Notes: generated from the letters alone by a model not told the origin. Counted from the stretch's first letter, positions 29,919 to 40,486 are shown. The stretch: DNA of 64,000 bases from Candidatus Hydrogenedentota bacterium (GCA_963674865.2 CAXXYE010000011.1:288001-352000); one strand, 5' to 3'. Program-made: numbers and translations.

Positions 29919-30211
29919 GGGCGGAACTCGGCTTTGAGGGCCTTTATGGCGTGCAGGAGGTTTTCGAGTGCGTGGCGGGCGTCGTGTAGGCGCTTGAGAT
30001 CTTGCTGGTGTTGTTCCTGGAGGTGGTCGGCGAGGTCGGCGTTTCGGCGGAGCGTGGCGAGTTCCTTGCTTTGGCGCCAGGTGTCCTGAAGGAGTTTATC
30101 GCGGTGCTGAGTCTGCTCGTCGGTTTGGTGGCGGGCTTCGGCGGCGGCGTCGCGGATATCGTGAATGGCAAGGTTGATTTGTTGAAGTTGCTTTCGGACG
30201 AGTGGATTCAC
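29915..30211 (-). CDS. Small coiled-coil protein (ZapB-like by position)
   Basis: Heptad-rich 98 aa, overlapping the pheT stop and zapA start by 4 nt. Confidence 0.55.
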   Translation of the reverse strand: MNPLVRKQLQQINLAIHDIRDAAAEARHQTDEQTQHRDKLLQDTWRQSKELATLRRNADLADHLQEQHQQDLKRLHDARHALENLLHAIKALKAEFRP

Positions 30212-32604
30212 CGGAGGGTGGCTCCGAAGTTGCTTTCGAGGGTGCGGAGTATTTTCTTGCAGAGCTTGTCGGTGTTCTTGTCGGTGAGGGTTTTGTCGGG
30301 GGCCTGGAAGACCAAGGACAAGGCGATGCTCTTTTTCCCGTCGGGGACCTGTTTACCCGTATAGACGTCGAAAATGTCGACAGCCGTGAGGAGCTTGCCG
30401 CCGGTGGAGTGCGCGGCTTCGACGAGGTCGCCGGCGGGTGTGTCGGCGTCGACTACGAGGGCCAAGTCGCGGAGGGACGGCGGGAAAGGGGCGATGGGCT
30501 GGTACTGATGGACGGACGGGGTGCCCTCTAGGGCGGGGTCCAGGCAGAGATTAAGAACATAGGCCGGGCGGTCGAGCTCGTAGGCGTTGAGGGTGGCGTT
30601 CGCCACCTCCCCGAGATGACCTAAGTGTTGGCCGGATAATAGGATAGCTGCACATTGGCCTGGGGCGTAAGGGGAGATATCGGCCGTTTCGAGCGCCAGT
30701 GGTAGACCGAGGAAATCGGTGATCGCCTCGGCGAGCCCTTTAAGATCGTAGAGGTCAGCCGGGTGCGGTGGACGGCTCCAGTGCTTCGGGGTGTAGGCGC
30801 CCGAAAGGACGATGGCCAGATGGGCTGTCTGGGAAGGCAACGTGTTGTCAGATGCAGGGGTATATACGGGACCAAGTTCAAAGGCGGCGATGTCGTGGGA
30901 GCCGTAACGGGCGTTGCGTGAGACAGCGGCCAGGACGCCGGGCACGAGGGATGAGCGCATGGCCTCATGGTTTTCGCTGAGGGGATTCTGAAGGGAGACC
31001 ATGTCCAGATACGAATCAGGCAGGCCAGCGCGCTTAACCTCTGCGCGCGAGCTGAAGGTCCAGCTGAATAGCTCGGTGAGGCCTTGCGCAACGAGGAAGG
31101 CACGGAGGTCGTTGAGGCGCTTCTCGCCCGGGGCGAAGTCCTGTTCGGAGCGGCGGGCCTGAGGGACTGTAACGGCAATGTTGTCATAACCATAGAAGCG
31201 AGCCACCTCCTCGATGAGGTCGGCTTCCTGAGAGACATCGTGGCGCCAGGAAGGGGGCTGGACGGTAATGCTGGTGTCGTCTTCCAATACAAGGTCGAAG
31301 CCCAGGCCCGTGACGACGCGCTTCTGCGTTTGCGCGGGGACTTCGGTTCCCAGGAGAAGGCCGGTCCTTTCATAGCGGAGTTTGACCTGATTAGGGGTCG
31401 GCGGGTTGGGATATTCGTCCAAGATACCGTCGGCAATCTCAGCGCCGGCAAGTTCTTGCATTAGAGTTGCCGCCCGGTTGGCCGCGTAGAGGGCCATGTC
31501 GATGTCAGCGCCGCGCTGGAAACGGGCCGAGGCCTCTGTCTGCATGCCGAGAGCGCGGGCGGTGCGGCGAATGGAGCGTGGGTCGAAGTAGGCGCTTTCG
31601 AGGAAGATGTTGGTGGTGTTCTCCCCCACTTCACTGGCTGCGCCTCCCATAACGCCGGCAACGGCAACCGGGGCGGAAGCATCGGCAATGACAAGCATAT
31701 CTGGATCAAGCCGGCGAACTTGTTCGTCAAGTGTTTCGAGTGTTTCGCCATGTTTCGCATTTCGCACAACAATCCGGTTCTCAGATAACTTCGCCAGGTC
31801 GAAGGCATGGAGTGGATGTCCTGTCTCCATAAGGACATAGTTCGTTATATCGACCACGTTGTTGATGGGCCGTTGCCCTGCCGCGATGAGCCGTCGACAA
31901 AGCCAAGCCGGCGATGGCGCGATCTTGACGTTGGTAAGGACCCTGCCGATGTAGCGTGGGCAGAGGTCGGCATTCTCAATGGTGACCGAGGAGAGATCGG
32001 CCGCCCGTGTCTTGGACTCGGTCAAGCGGAGTTCTGGGAGGCGGTAATTGCCTCCGAAAAGCAGGGCAAGCTCTCGGGCGACCCCAATCATGCAGGCCCA
32101 ATCGCCTCGGTTCGGCGTGACCTCAATATCGTAGACGACATCGTCAAGACCGAGAAGTGGAATGATGTCCTCGCCTACCGGCGTGTCCTTGGGAAGTATC
32201 ATCAATCCGGCGTGGTCGTCGCCGAGCCCTAACTCCTTGGGGGAGCACATCATACCGCATGATTCGAGCCCGCGCATCCTCCGCTTGGTTATCTCGAAAC
32301 CGCCCGGCAACGTTGCGCCGACGAGGGCCGTAGGCACCCTGTCCCCCACGCTCATGTTCTTTGCGCCGCAGACTATCTGAAGCGTGCCTCCGGCGGCGAC
32401 GTCGGTCTTGCACACAACCAACTTGTCGGCGTCGGGGTGGGGCTCGATGGACTGAATCTCGCCGACGACGACCGACTTGATATCGGCCCCGGGCCGCTCG
32501 ATGGCCTCGATTTCAAGGCCGAGCATGGTAAGTTGATGGGCGAGTTCATCCACCCCGATGGGGATATCGACATAGTCTTTCAGCCAATTCAGGGAAACGC
32601 GCAT
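30208..32604 (-). CDS. pheT: Phenylalanine--tRNA ligase beta subunit
   Basis: MRVSLNWL, HPDADKL, CGAKN, TPNRGD, NNVVDITNYV, ARFQRG, DLIEEVAR, RDLALVV. Confidence 0.98.
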   Translation of the reverse strand: MRVSLNWLKDYVDIPIGVDELAHQLTMLGLEIEAIERPGADIKSVVVGEIQSIEPHPDADKLVVCKTDVAAGGTLQIVCGAKNMSVGDRVPTALVGATLPGGFEITKRRMRGLESCGMMCSPKELGLGDDHAGLMILPKDTPVGEDIIPLLGLDDVVYDIEVTPNRGDWACMIGVARELALLFGGNYRLPELRLTESKTRAADLSSVTIENADLCPRYIGRVLTNVKIAPSPAWLCRRLIAAGQRPINNVVDITNYVLMETGHPLHAFDLAKLSENRIVVRNAKHGETLETLDEQVRRLDPDMLVIADASAPVAVAGVMGGAASEVGENTTNIFLESAYFDPRSIRRTARALGMQTEASARFQRGADIDMALYAANRAATLMQELAGAEIADGILDEYPNPPTPNQVKLRYERTGLLLGTEVPAQTQKRVVTGLGFDLVLEDDTSITVQPPSWRHDVSQEADLIEEVARFYGYDNIAVTVPQARRSEQDFAPGEKRLNDLRAFLVAQGLTELFSWTFSSRAEVKRAGLPDSYLDMVSLQNPLSENHEAMRSSLVPGVLAAVSRNARYGSHDIAAFELGPVYTPASDNTLPSQTAHLAIVLSGAYTPKHWSRPPHPADLYDLKGLAEAITDFLGLPLALETADISPYAPGQCAAILLSGQHLGHLGEVANATLNAYELDRPAYVLNLCLDPALEGTPSVHQYQPIAPFPPSLRDLALVVDADTPAGDLVEAAHSTGGKLLTAVDIFDVYTGKQVPDGKKSIALSLVFQAPDKTLTDKNTDKLCKKILRTLESNFGATLR

Positions 32605-32605
32605 A

Positions 32606-33622
32606 TCAGAACTGCTCCAGGAAACGCAAATCGTTTTCGTACAAGTGGTTAATCGTGTCTATAGCGTGCCGTTGCATTACAATGCGATCGATTCCGAAGC
32701 CGAAGGCGTAGCCGGTGTACTTCTCGGCGTCGTAATCGACGCGGCGAAACAGCGAAGGATGCACCATCCCACAGCCCAGGAGTTCCATCCATCCGGAGTT
32801 CTTGCAGGCCCGGCAGCCGCTGCCTGCACATATCGAACAAGAGATGTCCAACTCCGCTGAAGGCTCGGTGAAGGGGAAATAATGCGGGCGAAAGCGGACT
32901 TTTCTATCCCGGCCGAAGAAGCGGTGCACAAAATACTGCAAGCTTCCCTTCAAGTCGGCGAATGTGACGCCTTCGTCCACGAGCAACCCCTCGATCTGGA
33001 AGAACATGGGACTGTGGCTGGCATCGGAATCCACACGGTACACCCGGCCCGGCGCCACCACCGCCACCGGTGGTTTTGTTTGCTCCATGACCCGTATCTG
33101 CACCGGCGAGGTCTGTGTGCGCAACACCACCCCCGGCTTCACGAAAAACGTGTCGTGGAGGTCCCGGCTCGGGTGATCGGCGGGCGTATTGAGGGCATCG
33201 AAATTGTAATATTCCGTCTCGATTTCCGGCCCCGTGGCGAACGTGAAGCCAAGCTCCACGAAAATGCCTACGATCTCCTCCGTCACCTGGTTGATAGGAT
33301 GCATGTGGCCCTGGCGCGGTCGGCGTCCCGGCAAGGACAGGTCGGCCGCACCCTTCGCGGCGCCCGTCCCCGACGCTTCAGCCTCCAGCGCCTTCTTGCG
33401 TTCGTCAAGGGCCTCAGACAGCCGCTGTTTGGCCTGGTTCGCCGCTTGGCCGAGGACCGGCCGCTCTTCTGGAGCCACCTGCCCGAGATTTCTCAAGACC
33501 TCCGTAAGGGCGCCCTTGCGCCCTACTATCTGAACACGGATGGCTTCGAGCGCCTTCAGATCGACTGCCCCGGCGATGTCAGCCAGCGCCTGCGTCTCGA
33601 TCTGCGCGAGTTTCTCCTTCAT
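32606..33622 (-). CDS. pheS: Phenylalanine--tRNA ligase alpha subunit
   Basis: NFDALN..HPSRD..DTF, LRTQTSPVQ, PGRVYR, FPFTEPSAE, GYAFGFGIDR. Confidence 0.98.
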   Translation of the reverse strand: MKEKLAQIETQALADIAGAVDLKALEAIRVQIVGRKGALTEVLRNLGQVAPEERPVLGQAANQAKQRLSEALDERKKALEAEASGTGAAKGAADLSLPGRRPRQGHMHPINQVTEEIVGIFVELGFTFATGPEIETEYYNFDALNTPADHPSRDLHDTFFVKPGVVLRTQTSPVQIRVMEQTKPPVAVVAPGRVYRVDSDASHSPMFFQIEGLLVDEGVTFADLKGSLQYFVHRFFGRDRKVRFRPHYFPFTEPSAELDISCSICAGSGCRACKNSGWMELLGCGMVHPSLFRRVDYDAEKYTGYAFGFGIDRIVMQRHAIDTINHLYENDLRFLEQF

Positions 33623-33641
33623 GAAACGTGTTCCTTCCGTA

Positions 33642-34307
33642 CTACGATGCGAAAAGCGCGGTTCCGACGCGCACCTGCGTGGCGCCTTCCTCGACCGCGA
33701 CCTCGAAATCATTCGTCATGCCCATGGACAGCTCTTTGAGGCCGTAATTCTCGGCCAGTGCGCGCAACTTTGCAAACACGGGGCGCGTAAGCTCCGGATC
33801 GTCAAAGAACGGCGCCATCGTCATCAGCCCGTCCAACTGGAGATGAGGCATTTCCCCGATAGCCTCCACAGCGCGGCCTAGATCTTCCGGCTCAAAGCCG
33901 TGTTTGGCTTCCTCGCCCGACACGTTCACCTCGACGAGCACGTGCAGGCCCTTCTCCTGCTCTGCACAACGCCGTTCGAGCGCCTCGGCCACCTCGATCC
34001 TGTCAACCGAGTCCACGTAGTCGAACATAGCTACCACACCGCGGCACTTCCGGCGCTGAACGCTGCCCACCATGTGCCAGAGGACCTTCGCACCCAGGGC
34101 CTCCACTTTCGCGCGCGCCACCTCGATCCTGTTCTCGCCGAGGTGTGTGACGCCCGCATCGACAAGGGCTTGCGCCTCCCCCACGCCCACGGTCTTCGTG
34201 ACAGGTATGAGAAGCACCGACTCGGGCGCGCGTCCGGCGCGGCGCGCCGCATCCGCGATGCGTCCCGTGACGGCTTCGAGATTCCTCTTGATAGTGCTTG
34301 CTTGCAT
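33642..34307 (-). CDS. yggS: PLP homeostasis protein YggS
   Basis: VTKT, GENR, WHMVGSVQ, GLMTMAP, LSMGMTNDFEVAVEEGAT.VRVGT. Confidence 0.95.
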   Translation of the reverse strand: MQASTIKRNLEAVTGRIADAARRAGRAPESVLLIPVTKTVGVGEAQALVDAGVTHLGENRIEVARAKVEALGAKVLWHMVGSVQRRKCRGVVAMFDYVDSVDRIEVAEALERRCAEQEKGLHVLVEVNVSGEEAKHGFEPEDLGRAVEAIGEMPHLQLDGLMTMAPFFDDPELTRPVFAKLRALAENYGLKELSMGMTNDFEVAVEEGATQVRVGTALFAS

Positions 34308-34488
34308 TGTTTCTGGGGATCCTTCTCAACGCAGCCGTATGATAGGAGCGTGAGCCGCGCTATTCAACCCTGTCTCTAACCATGATCACCTAAAGGCGCG
34401 ACTTATAGGTGTTGTGAGATCCCGTGCGGCGGCCGGAAGGCTACCTAGCGAAATCCAATGCCGAGTGTGAGCCGCCTTGCCCCCTAGC

Positions 34489-36168
34489 TCACTCCGCCCC
34501 GGCCGGGGCCACGGCTGTTGTCTCTGGCGGTTGTGTTTGCTGAGTTTGCGCCGCCGAGAGCTTCTCTTCCTGCTCACGGCGAACAAGGGCCTTTAGCTCG
34601 GTGACATTCAGCGGAATGCCGGCTTTTTGCTTGATATCGATGATCATATCCGAGCCCTCTTTCCAGAAGTCGTTGCTCTGGTAGCGGGCGTGGTCAAGCA
34701 AGGCCACCGCTTCGAGGTAATTCCCCTCTGCGACAAGTTCAACCGCGCGCATTCGGAGTAGGCGCGCCAGCGCGAAGAAATCGGGATGTTCGCCGGCGGA
34801 CAGTTTCTCCCAGATAACCCTGGCCTGAGCATACTGCTCTTGCCTCGCTTCCTCGGCCGCCTGCGCCTCGCCATACGCCTCGGACGCACGGGCCTCTGCC
34901 TCCTCCGCTTCGGCGTCGAGGCGAGTGGCCTCCTCGGCATTGCCGGCTGCTCGGGCTTCTGCGGCGGCTTGCCGGGCCTCCTCGGCCGCCTTTCGGCTGC
35001 TTTCGGCGACTTGGTGCGCTTCATCAGCGCGCTTGTCGGCCGCTGCGCCGTCGCGTTCGTGAATGAGGCCGCGGTTGATCTCGATGAACCGGGGCGCGAG
35101 GTCGTCTGCCACGGCAGTGCCCGCGAAAGCGCTTATGTAATCCTGCCAGCCCTTGATCGCCTCTTCGTATTGGCCGTTCTTTGTGTAGCAAGAGTAAAGC
35201 ATGCGCCGGACGTAGCGCTCATGACGGTGGCTTACCGCGTGTTCGAGGTATTTCACGGCGTTCGCGTGATCTCGCAGCTTGTTCTCGTAGATCCCATAGC
35301 CGAGATCGAAGTACAGCTTGTAATTGCGGAAGTTCTTGCGGATACCGTCCCGAAGGAAGTCGATGGCGATGTAGTAGAATAGCTCCTTTTCGCCAAGCCG
35401 CGCATTGAACTTCGGATAGTACTTCTTCAGATGCTCCGGTGTGTCGGGCAGATGGGCGGTCGCGTTATAGGCCAAATGCCAGGCGCCGATAAGGTAGGCC
35501 TGAATGAAATGCGGATCCAGAGCCACGCATGTCCGCATGAGTGGCACCATCCGGTACAGCAGGCCTTGGTGCCAATACCTGTCGACCTGAAGCCATGTGA
35601 AGTTCGCGGCCATCTTGCGGAAGCCGAAGAAGAGACTTCCTAAACTAACGTCGCCGGACTTGCCCGGCTGGCCGAGGCCAGCGTCGTCGGATTCACTGGA
35701 AAAGTACATCGAGCCCGCTGCAAACTGGGTGCCTACGCTGGCAAGCTTCTTATTGCTGAGAGCTGTGAGGAATTCCTTGCGCGGCTCCGCCAAAGCCCGG
35801 CCCGAGGCCAAGCGCCAGATTAACTTGTCCGCCGTACCTCTTCGCACCAACCGGATGAGCCTGGAATGGAGTGTCCCGTTCTCGTCGTAATCCTCCTTAG
35901 CCGGCTCCCCATCGGGCTCAGGCAGAAGGGGCTCAATGGCCTCGGCCATGTGCTGGTACACGTCTTCATCCTTAAGAGCGTACCGTTCGGCGGCTTCTCG
36001 ATCCGGTGTTACCGAACCGAACACCCACACCTGGTTTGCCGCGCCGAGAATCCAACGGTAGAACACCTCCGATTCCCGAAGGTGACGCACGCGATACCCT
36101 TGGTAGGTCGCCACGCCGAGGAGGAAGGCGAGCAGCAAACCCAGGCAGAGGTTGGGGCGGTATTTCAT
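34489..36168 (-). CDS. Membrane-anchored TPR-like protein (PilG/XapA-like)
   Basis: N-terminal TM; GFRKMAANFTWLQ...LDPHFIQAY...AWHLAYN; helical repeats; Ala/Glu coiled coil. Confidence 0.6.
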   Translation of the reverse strand: MKYRPNLCLGLLLAFLLGVATYQGYRVRHLRESEVFYRWILGAANQVWVFGSVTPDREAAERYALKDEDVYQHMAEAIEPLLPEPDGEPAKEDYDENGTLHSRLIRLVRRGTADKLIWRLASGRALAEPRKEFLTALSNKKLASVGTQFAAGSMYFSSESDDAGLGQPGKSGDVSLGSLFFGFRKMAANFTWLQVDRYWHQGLLYRMVPLMRTCVALDPHFIQAYLIGAWHLAYNATAHLPDTPEHLKKYYPKFNARLGEKELFYYIAIDFLRDGIRKNFRNYKLYFDLGYGIYENKLRDHANAVKYLEHAVSHRHERYVRRMLYSCYTKNGQYEEAIKGWQDYISAFAGTAVADDLAPRFIEINRGLIHERDGAAADKRADEAHQVAESSRKAAEEARQAAAEARAAGNAEEATRLDAEAEEAEARASEAYGEAQAAEEARQEQYAQARVIWEKLSAGEHPDFFALARLLRMRAVELVAEGNYLEAVALLDHARYQSNDFWKEGSDMIIDIKQKAGIPLNVTELKALVRREQEEKLSAAQTQQTQPPETTAVAPAGAE

Positions 36169-36175
36169 CTGAACC

Positions 36176-37018
36176 TCACAACTCTTTGCGGCGGAAGACC
36201 CAATACGCCATGAGGAAGCCGCATACCGCGTAGAGAAGTCCGTAAAGAATCAGATTCGGAACCTGAACGTCTTGAGGAGGATCGTTCGGCGCTTGGTAAA
36301 GGATCTGCGACTTCAGACTGAAGTTCTGCAGATTCGGAAGGACCTGGTAAAGGAAACGGGCCGTTTTTCCGATGGCCTCATCCAGCCACATCCCCGTCTG
36401 GCCCGAGCGGCGAACGACATCCTTCAAGTACTCGGTAAGATTGCCGACGAGGTAGATGAAGAGCCCGGCGATAGTAGGCAGAACGGCTGAAGTCGACGCG
36501 CACGAAACGGCAAAAGTGAAGGCCGAGACGATGAGGAACTCGAAGTACGTAAGCAGGATCGACCACAACAGCAATGTCGGAAGAATGCGTGTCTTGACGT
36601 AGAGGGCTATGAAGAAAAGCGCGCCCATGAGCACAAGATTGATGATGACGATGAGCTGGATGCCAAGGAACTTGCCGAAGAGATACTGCAGTCGCCGTAC
36701 GGGCTTCGATAACACCGTGTAGATGACCTTATTCTCCACCTCCGTCGGCACCGCGGAAGCGGAGATGAAAATCGTGATGAGCACGCCGAAAATCGAGATG
36801 ACCGTGACGCAGATGTCCTTGATCAACTTGACGTCGACGTCCGCCTCGACCTCGCCCACGGTGGACTGCGACATGAAGGCCGCCATGAGATTGGCCCCGA
36901 AGATGAATAGAAGGCTCAGGATCAGGAAACCGATCAGTATCCTTTTCCGCATGCCCTCGCGCCACGTGTAGACGGCGATAGCCCACGGGCCCCGAATCAA
37001 TCCGCTCCGTGCTGTCAT
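36176..37018 (-). CDS. ABC transporter permease (PilI-like)
   Basis: About 6 TM segments; TWREGMRK, EVENKVIYTVLSKPVRR.QYLFGKFLG, LPNLQNF. Confidence 0.85.
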   Translation of the reverse strand: MTARSGLIRGPWAIAVYTWREGMRKRILIGFLILSLLFIFGANLMAAFMSQSTVGEVEADVDVKLIKDICVTVISIFGVLITIFISASAVPTEVENKVIYTVLSKPVRRLQYLFGKFLGIQLIVIINLVLMGALFFIALYVKTRILPTLLLWSILLTYFEFLIVSAFTFAVSCASTSAVLPTIAGLFIYLVGNLTEYLKDVVRRSGQTGMWLDEAIGKTARFLYQVLPNLQNFSLKSQILYQAPNDPPQDVQVPNLILYGLLYAVCGFLMAYWVFRRKEL

Positions 37019-37965
37019 TTTGGACCTTCCTGCTGCTTTGCGGCGTCACCCACTACCCGGACGAAAAGCTCCTCGAGTGTCTCACGCCGAGGCGCCACGC
37101 TGACTACTTTGAGTTGCGCCGCCTTGCACCGCTCCAATGCATCGAAGAGGTCGAGAGCGCTTGGCACGCGCAGGACCACGGTGCCACGGACGCTGTCCTC
37201 GGCGGCGACGCCCGCAGCGGTGACTTCTTTCAGTTTTTCGGGCGTAGCGTCCGCGACGCGTATCGAGAGGTCCCGTTCGGTGAGGAGTTCGTCGATCGTG
37301 CCTAAAGTCTGCAGATTCCCCTCGAAAAGGATGCCGACGCGGTCGCTGATCAGCTCCACTTCGAGAAGCTCATGGCTTGAGATAAAGAGGGATTTTCCCC
37401 TGCTTCTCAATTCGGCCAGGATATCCCGGATCTCCTTGCGGGCAATTGGATCCAGGCCGGTTGTCGGCTCGTCCAGGATCAAAATCTGAGGATCGTTGAT
37501 GAGGGCTTGGGCAAGGCCAATGCGCTGACGCATGCCCTTCGAGTAGCCCCGAATAAGGCGCTTGCGCGCGCGCGTCATCCCAACAGTCTCCAAGACCTGA
37601 GCGATGCGCCTCTTGAGTTCCGAGCCCGTCAATCCATAGAGCTGCCCGTAAAACCGCAGGACTTCCTCCCCTTTCAGGAAATCCGGGTAGTAGGCGCCTT
37701 CCGGGAGATAGCCGATCTTCTCGCGCACGGCAGGCTTGCCGATGTCCTTGCGCCCCAGTATCTCGAGGTGGCCCGAGGTCGGGAAGATCAAACCGAGCAA
37801 CATCTTGATGGTGGTGGTCTTCCCCGAGCCGTTCGGGCCGAGGAAGCCGAAAATCTCACCCTCCTCAATCGAGATGTTCAGTTTGTTAAGGGCGAGGACA
37901 TCCTGTCCTTTCCACGCGCCCTCATAAACCTTGGTTAGGTCATGGGTTTCAATAACAGCAGCCAC
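37015..37965 (-). CDS. ABC transporter ATP-binding protein (PilH-like)
   Basis: GPNGSGKTT, YSKGMRQR, ILDEPTTGLDP, SSH. Confidence 0.92.
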   Translation of the reverse strand: MAAVIETHDLTKVYEGAWKGQDVLALNKLNISIEEGEIFGFLGPNGSGKTTTIKMLLGLIFPTSGHLEILGRKDIGKPAVREKIGYLPEGAYYPDFLKGEEVLRFYGQLYGLTGSELKRRIAQVLETVGMTRARKRLIRGYSKGMRQRIGLAQALINDPQILILDEPTTGLDPIARKEIRDILAELRSRGKSLFISSHELLEVELISDRVGILFEGNLQTLGTIDELLTERDLSIRVADATPEKLKEVTAAGVAAEDSVRGTVVLRVPSALDLFDALERCKAAQLKVVSVAPRRETLEELFVRVVGDAAKQQEGPK

Positions 37966-38104
37966 GGGCGAGTGCCTTTCGTGCTTGTTCCGCCCCAGAG
38001 CGCGGAGCGCCGAGTGCAATCGAGTGATCTGGAAAGGAGAACTTCATCACATACATATCAACTTCGACAAGAGAGGCGGATAATAACAAAGACCCTCACC
38101 CGTG

Positions 38105-39073
38105 TCAATTCCCCGATGCGTCGCCTTCCGAAAGCGCGCCGAGGATTATCTCAGGTTCGGGGACCTCTTCATCCCAGCCTACCAACGCCTCGCCGTCGCG
38201 GACAACGTAGAACCGAGGCGGCGAGTTCTCGATCAGCCCGTAGAAAGTCCGGATGCCGATGATCTGGAGCGGAAACTGCGGCCCGGTCGCCAATCTGAAC
38301 TCCTCTATCGATTCCTCGGTGCCTTCACAGAGGCCTATCACCGGCGGCAGTTCCGGCAGCAGGGCCAACTCATTAAGCCTCTCGACGGATGCCATGCAGT
38401 GTTCGCACGTCGCGTTTAACATGGCGACGATGTACTCTCCTTGGCCCAGGTCCCACAGCTCGCCGTCGGCCTCAAACACGAACTGGGCGAACGGCCGATA
38501 CTCTTCCGGGGATGCCTCGATATCGCTGGCGGCGTAGGCGGCCAAGACCGCGCTCAGACAAACGCAAACCACGGCCTTTGCTATGCCCCCGCGCCGCAAG
38601 GCAGGCCGGGAGGACGACGCTTGCCCCGGGAAGACCTGGCCTTTGGCGGCCAAGCCGGCCCAAGCCATAGCGCAGAGCAATCCCAGGCCGGCGTTCTTCA
38701 GCATGGATATTCCAGGCGACATCTCAAGGCGGCCAAAGCAGCCGCAGTCCTGGAGGTCGTGAAAAGCCCAACCGTAGGCGATGAGCGCCGTGAAGGCCAA
38801 CAACAACGCCGCGACGACGGCGAGGATGGCCCCGCGAAGGCGCCACCCAAGCAATAGGGCCGAGCCGAGAAGGGTCTCGACGCCAAGTGTGCCCAGCGCC
38901 GCGACGACCGTCAGCGGCGAATCGCCCGGCAGCACGCCATAGTGGCCCACCTGAGTGATGAACAAGTTGATCTCAATGGCCTTAAGGAATGCCCCCGTAA
39001 GAAACACAAGGCCGAGAATGATCTCGGCCGGCCGCGCGAAAACCGCGGCAACCTTACCTATTGACTGTACCAA
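38105..39073 (-). CDS. DoxX/MauE membrane protein with C-terminal thioredoxin-like domain
   Basis: TM helices, DCGCFG motif, later CEHC. Confidence 0.75.
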   Translation of the reverse strand: MVQSIGKVAAVFARPAEIILGLVFLTGAFLKAIEINLFITQVGHYGVLPGDSPLTVVAALGTLGVETLLGSALLLGWRLRGAILAVVAALLLAFTALIAYGWAFHDLQDCGCFGRLEMSPGISMLKNAGLGLLCAMAWAGLAAKGQVFPGQASSSRPALRRGGIAKAVVCVCLSAVLAAYAASDIEASPEEYRPFAQFVFEADGELWDLGQGEYIVAMLNATCEHCMASVERLNELALLPELPPVIGLCEGTEESIEEFRLATGPQFPLQIIGIRTFYGLIENSPPRFYVVRDGEALVGWDEEVPEPEIILGALSEGDASGN

Positions 39074-39231
39074 AGCCTACACTTCCCTTACTGCTTCACC
39101 GCTTTTCGGACAAGGCGACAGACAAGGCTTGCGCGTCAAACCATTGGTTTCGCCAGAGCTATCGCTTTCAACGAATTGCCGCGCGCCGCCATCCGCAACC
39201 CCGGCCACTGGGGACCCGCCAACCCACAGGC

Positions 39232-40368
39232 TCAGAAATCCCAAAGCAAGCTTGCGCCAACCGAGGTCTGCCACTCGTCGACGCGAAGGTATTCCGGCTC
39301 ATTATCGTAGTCGACCGCAACGTCCAGGCGCAGCTTGATGCGTGACCACAGCGGGAACTGCACGGCCGAACTCGACCGAGCGCGCAGATCGCCCAGTTCC
39401 GTCAGGCTCGAGTACAGCACCAGGTCCTCCGTCAAGGCGCCGTTAAGGAAAAGGTCCTGTCGATAACGCATCTCGACGCGCAGGTTCAACTCCTGGTTAT
39501 CTCGCTGGATGTCCGTCCCGGAGACCTCGCTCAAGGCCCGCCATGAGCGTGCCCCGAGGATGCTGTAGGCTCTTGCAAAGCGCCCTTCTCCGCGCAATGG
39601 CTCCAAGTCGTAGTATTCAAAAGTTGCGCCCAGCCCTACCGACGCGTCGAGTTGTTGTGATTCCCCTTCGAGGAAGGTCCTCCCCACGCCCAGCGACAAG
39701 TCGCTTCGCAGGTCGAGCGCCCTGTCCGTATTCCTTTCCAGGTCGAGTGTCAAAAGGGGATGTGCCCTATCCGAGGGCTTCCCCTCCAACCGCGCGGCCA
39801 CGTCGAAGTACCTGAGCGTGTCTCGTTTCACTGCGTAGTCCCAGGAGAGGACCGATGAAAAGGAGTGCTCCTCCCCCGCTCCGAAAAGGCGGAGGCGCGT
39901 GAAGGGGGCCGCGTAATCCGTTGTGCCGGACCGCCACCGAACACCCATTTCCACGTCGCCGTGGACAGCGGGAGATTCTGCCTTGGCGGAGTCCGCTTTC
40001 TTAGCGGGGAGTTCGACGACGGGCGCAGTTCTCACCACCTCGGCGAGGTCGATTGGCAGCGGCTCATCGCTTGTCGACGGCCGCACTTGCTGGACTCCAT
40101 TGACTACGGCAAGTCTGCCCTGGCACACGGCGCCGTTGGCCAAAAAGAACTGCATCGGAGACTCGGTGGTGGTGGTTTCCACCTCGTCAAGCGGTAGCAA
40201 GATCCTGCCTACAAAGGAATTGTGCAGTTCAACCGTGCCGCTCGAGATCCCGACGAGCGTACCGGACAGCGCGTCGCCGTCGCGAAGGACCACCGTATCG
40301 GCGCACGCGGCGGCCGCGCCCACGAATAGGCAGAGGATGCCGAATGTAAACTGATAAAACCTCATCAT
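39232..40368 (-). CDS. DUF481-like outer-membrane beta-barrel protein
   Basis: Signal peptide, DTVVLRDGDALSG, amphipathic strands, YDNEP, C-terminal WDF. Confidence 0.75.
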   Translation of the reverse strand: MMRFYQFTFGILCLFVGAAAACADTVVLRDGDALSGTLVGISSGTVELHNSFVGRILLPLDEVETTTTESPMQFFLANGAVCQGRLAVVNGVQQVRPSTSDEPLPIDLAEVVRTAPVVELPAKKADSAKAESPAVHGDVEMGVRWRSGTTDYAAPFTRLRLFGAGEEHSFSSVLSWDYAVKRDTLRYFDVAARLEGKPSDRAHPLLTLDLERNTDRALDLRSDLSLGVGRTFLEGESQQLDASVGLGATFEYYDLEPLRGEGRFARAYSILGARSWRALSEVSGTDIQRDNQELNLRVEMRYRQDLFLNGALTEDLVLYSSLTELGDLRARSSSAVQFPLWSRIKLRLDVAVDYDNEPEYLRVDEWQTSVGASLLWDF

Positions 40369-40486
40369 AGTTGTCCGTAATGCTAAAATATGCGGACATG
40401 CCATTGCAACGAGCCGCAGATGCTTGAGGCTCGCGACGCTTTCTGTATGTAGTATAACGTACCCAAGCGCAAAAAGGAGAAACGAC

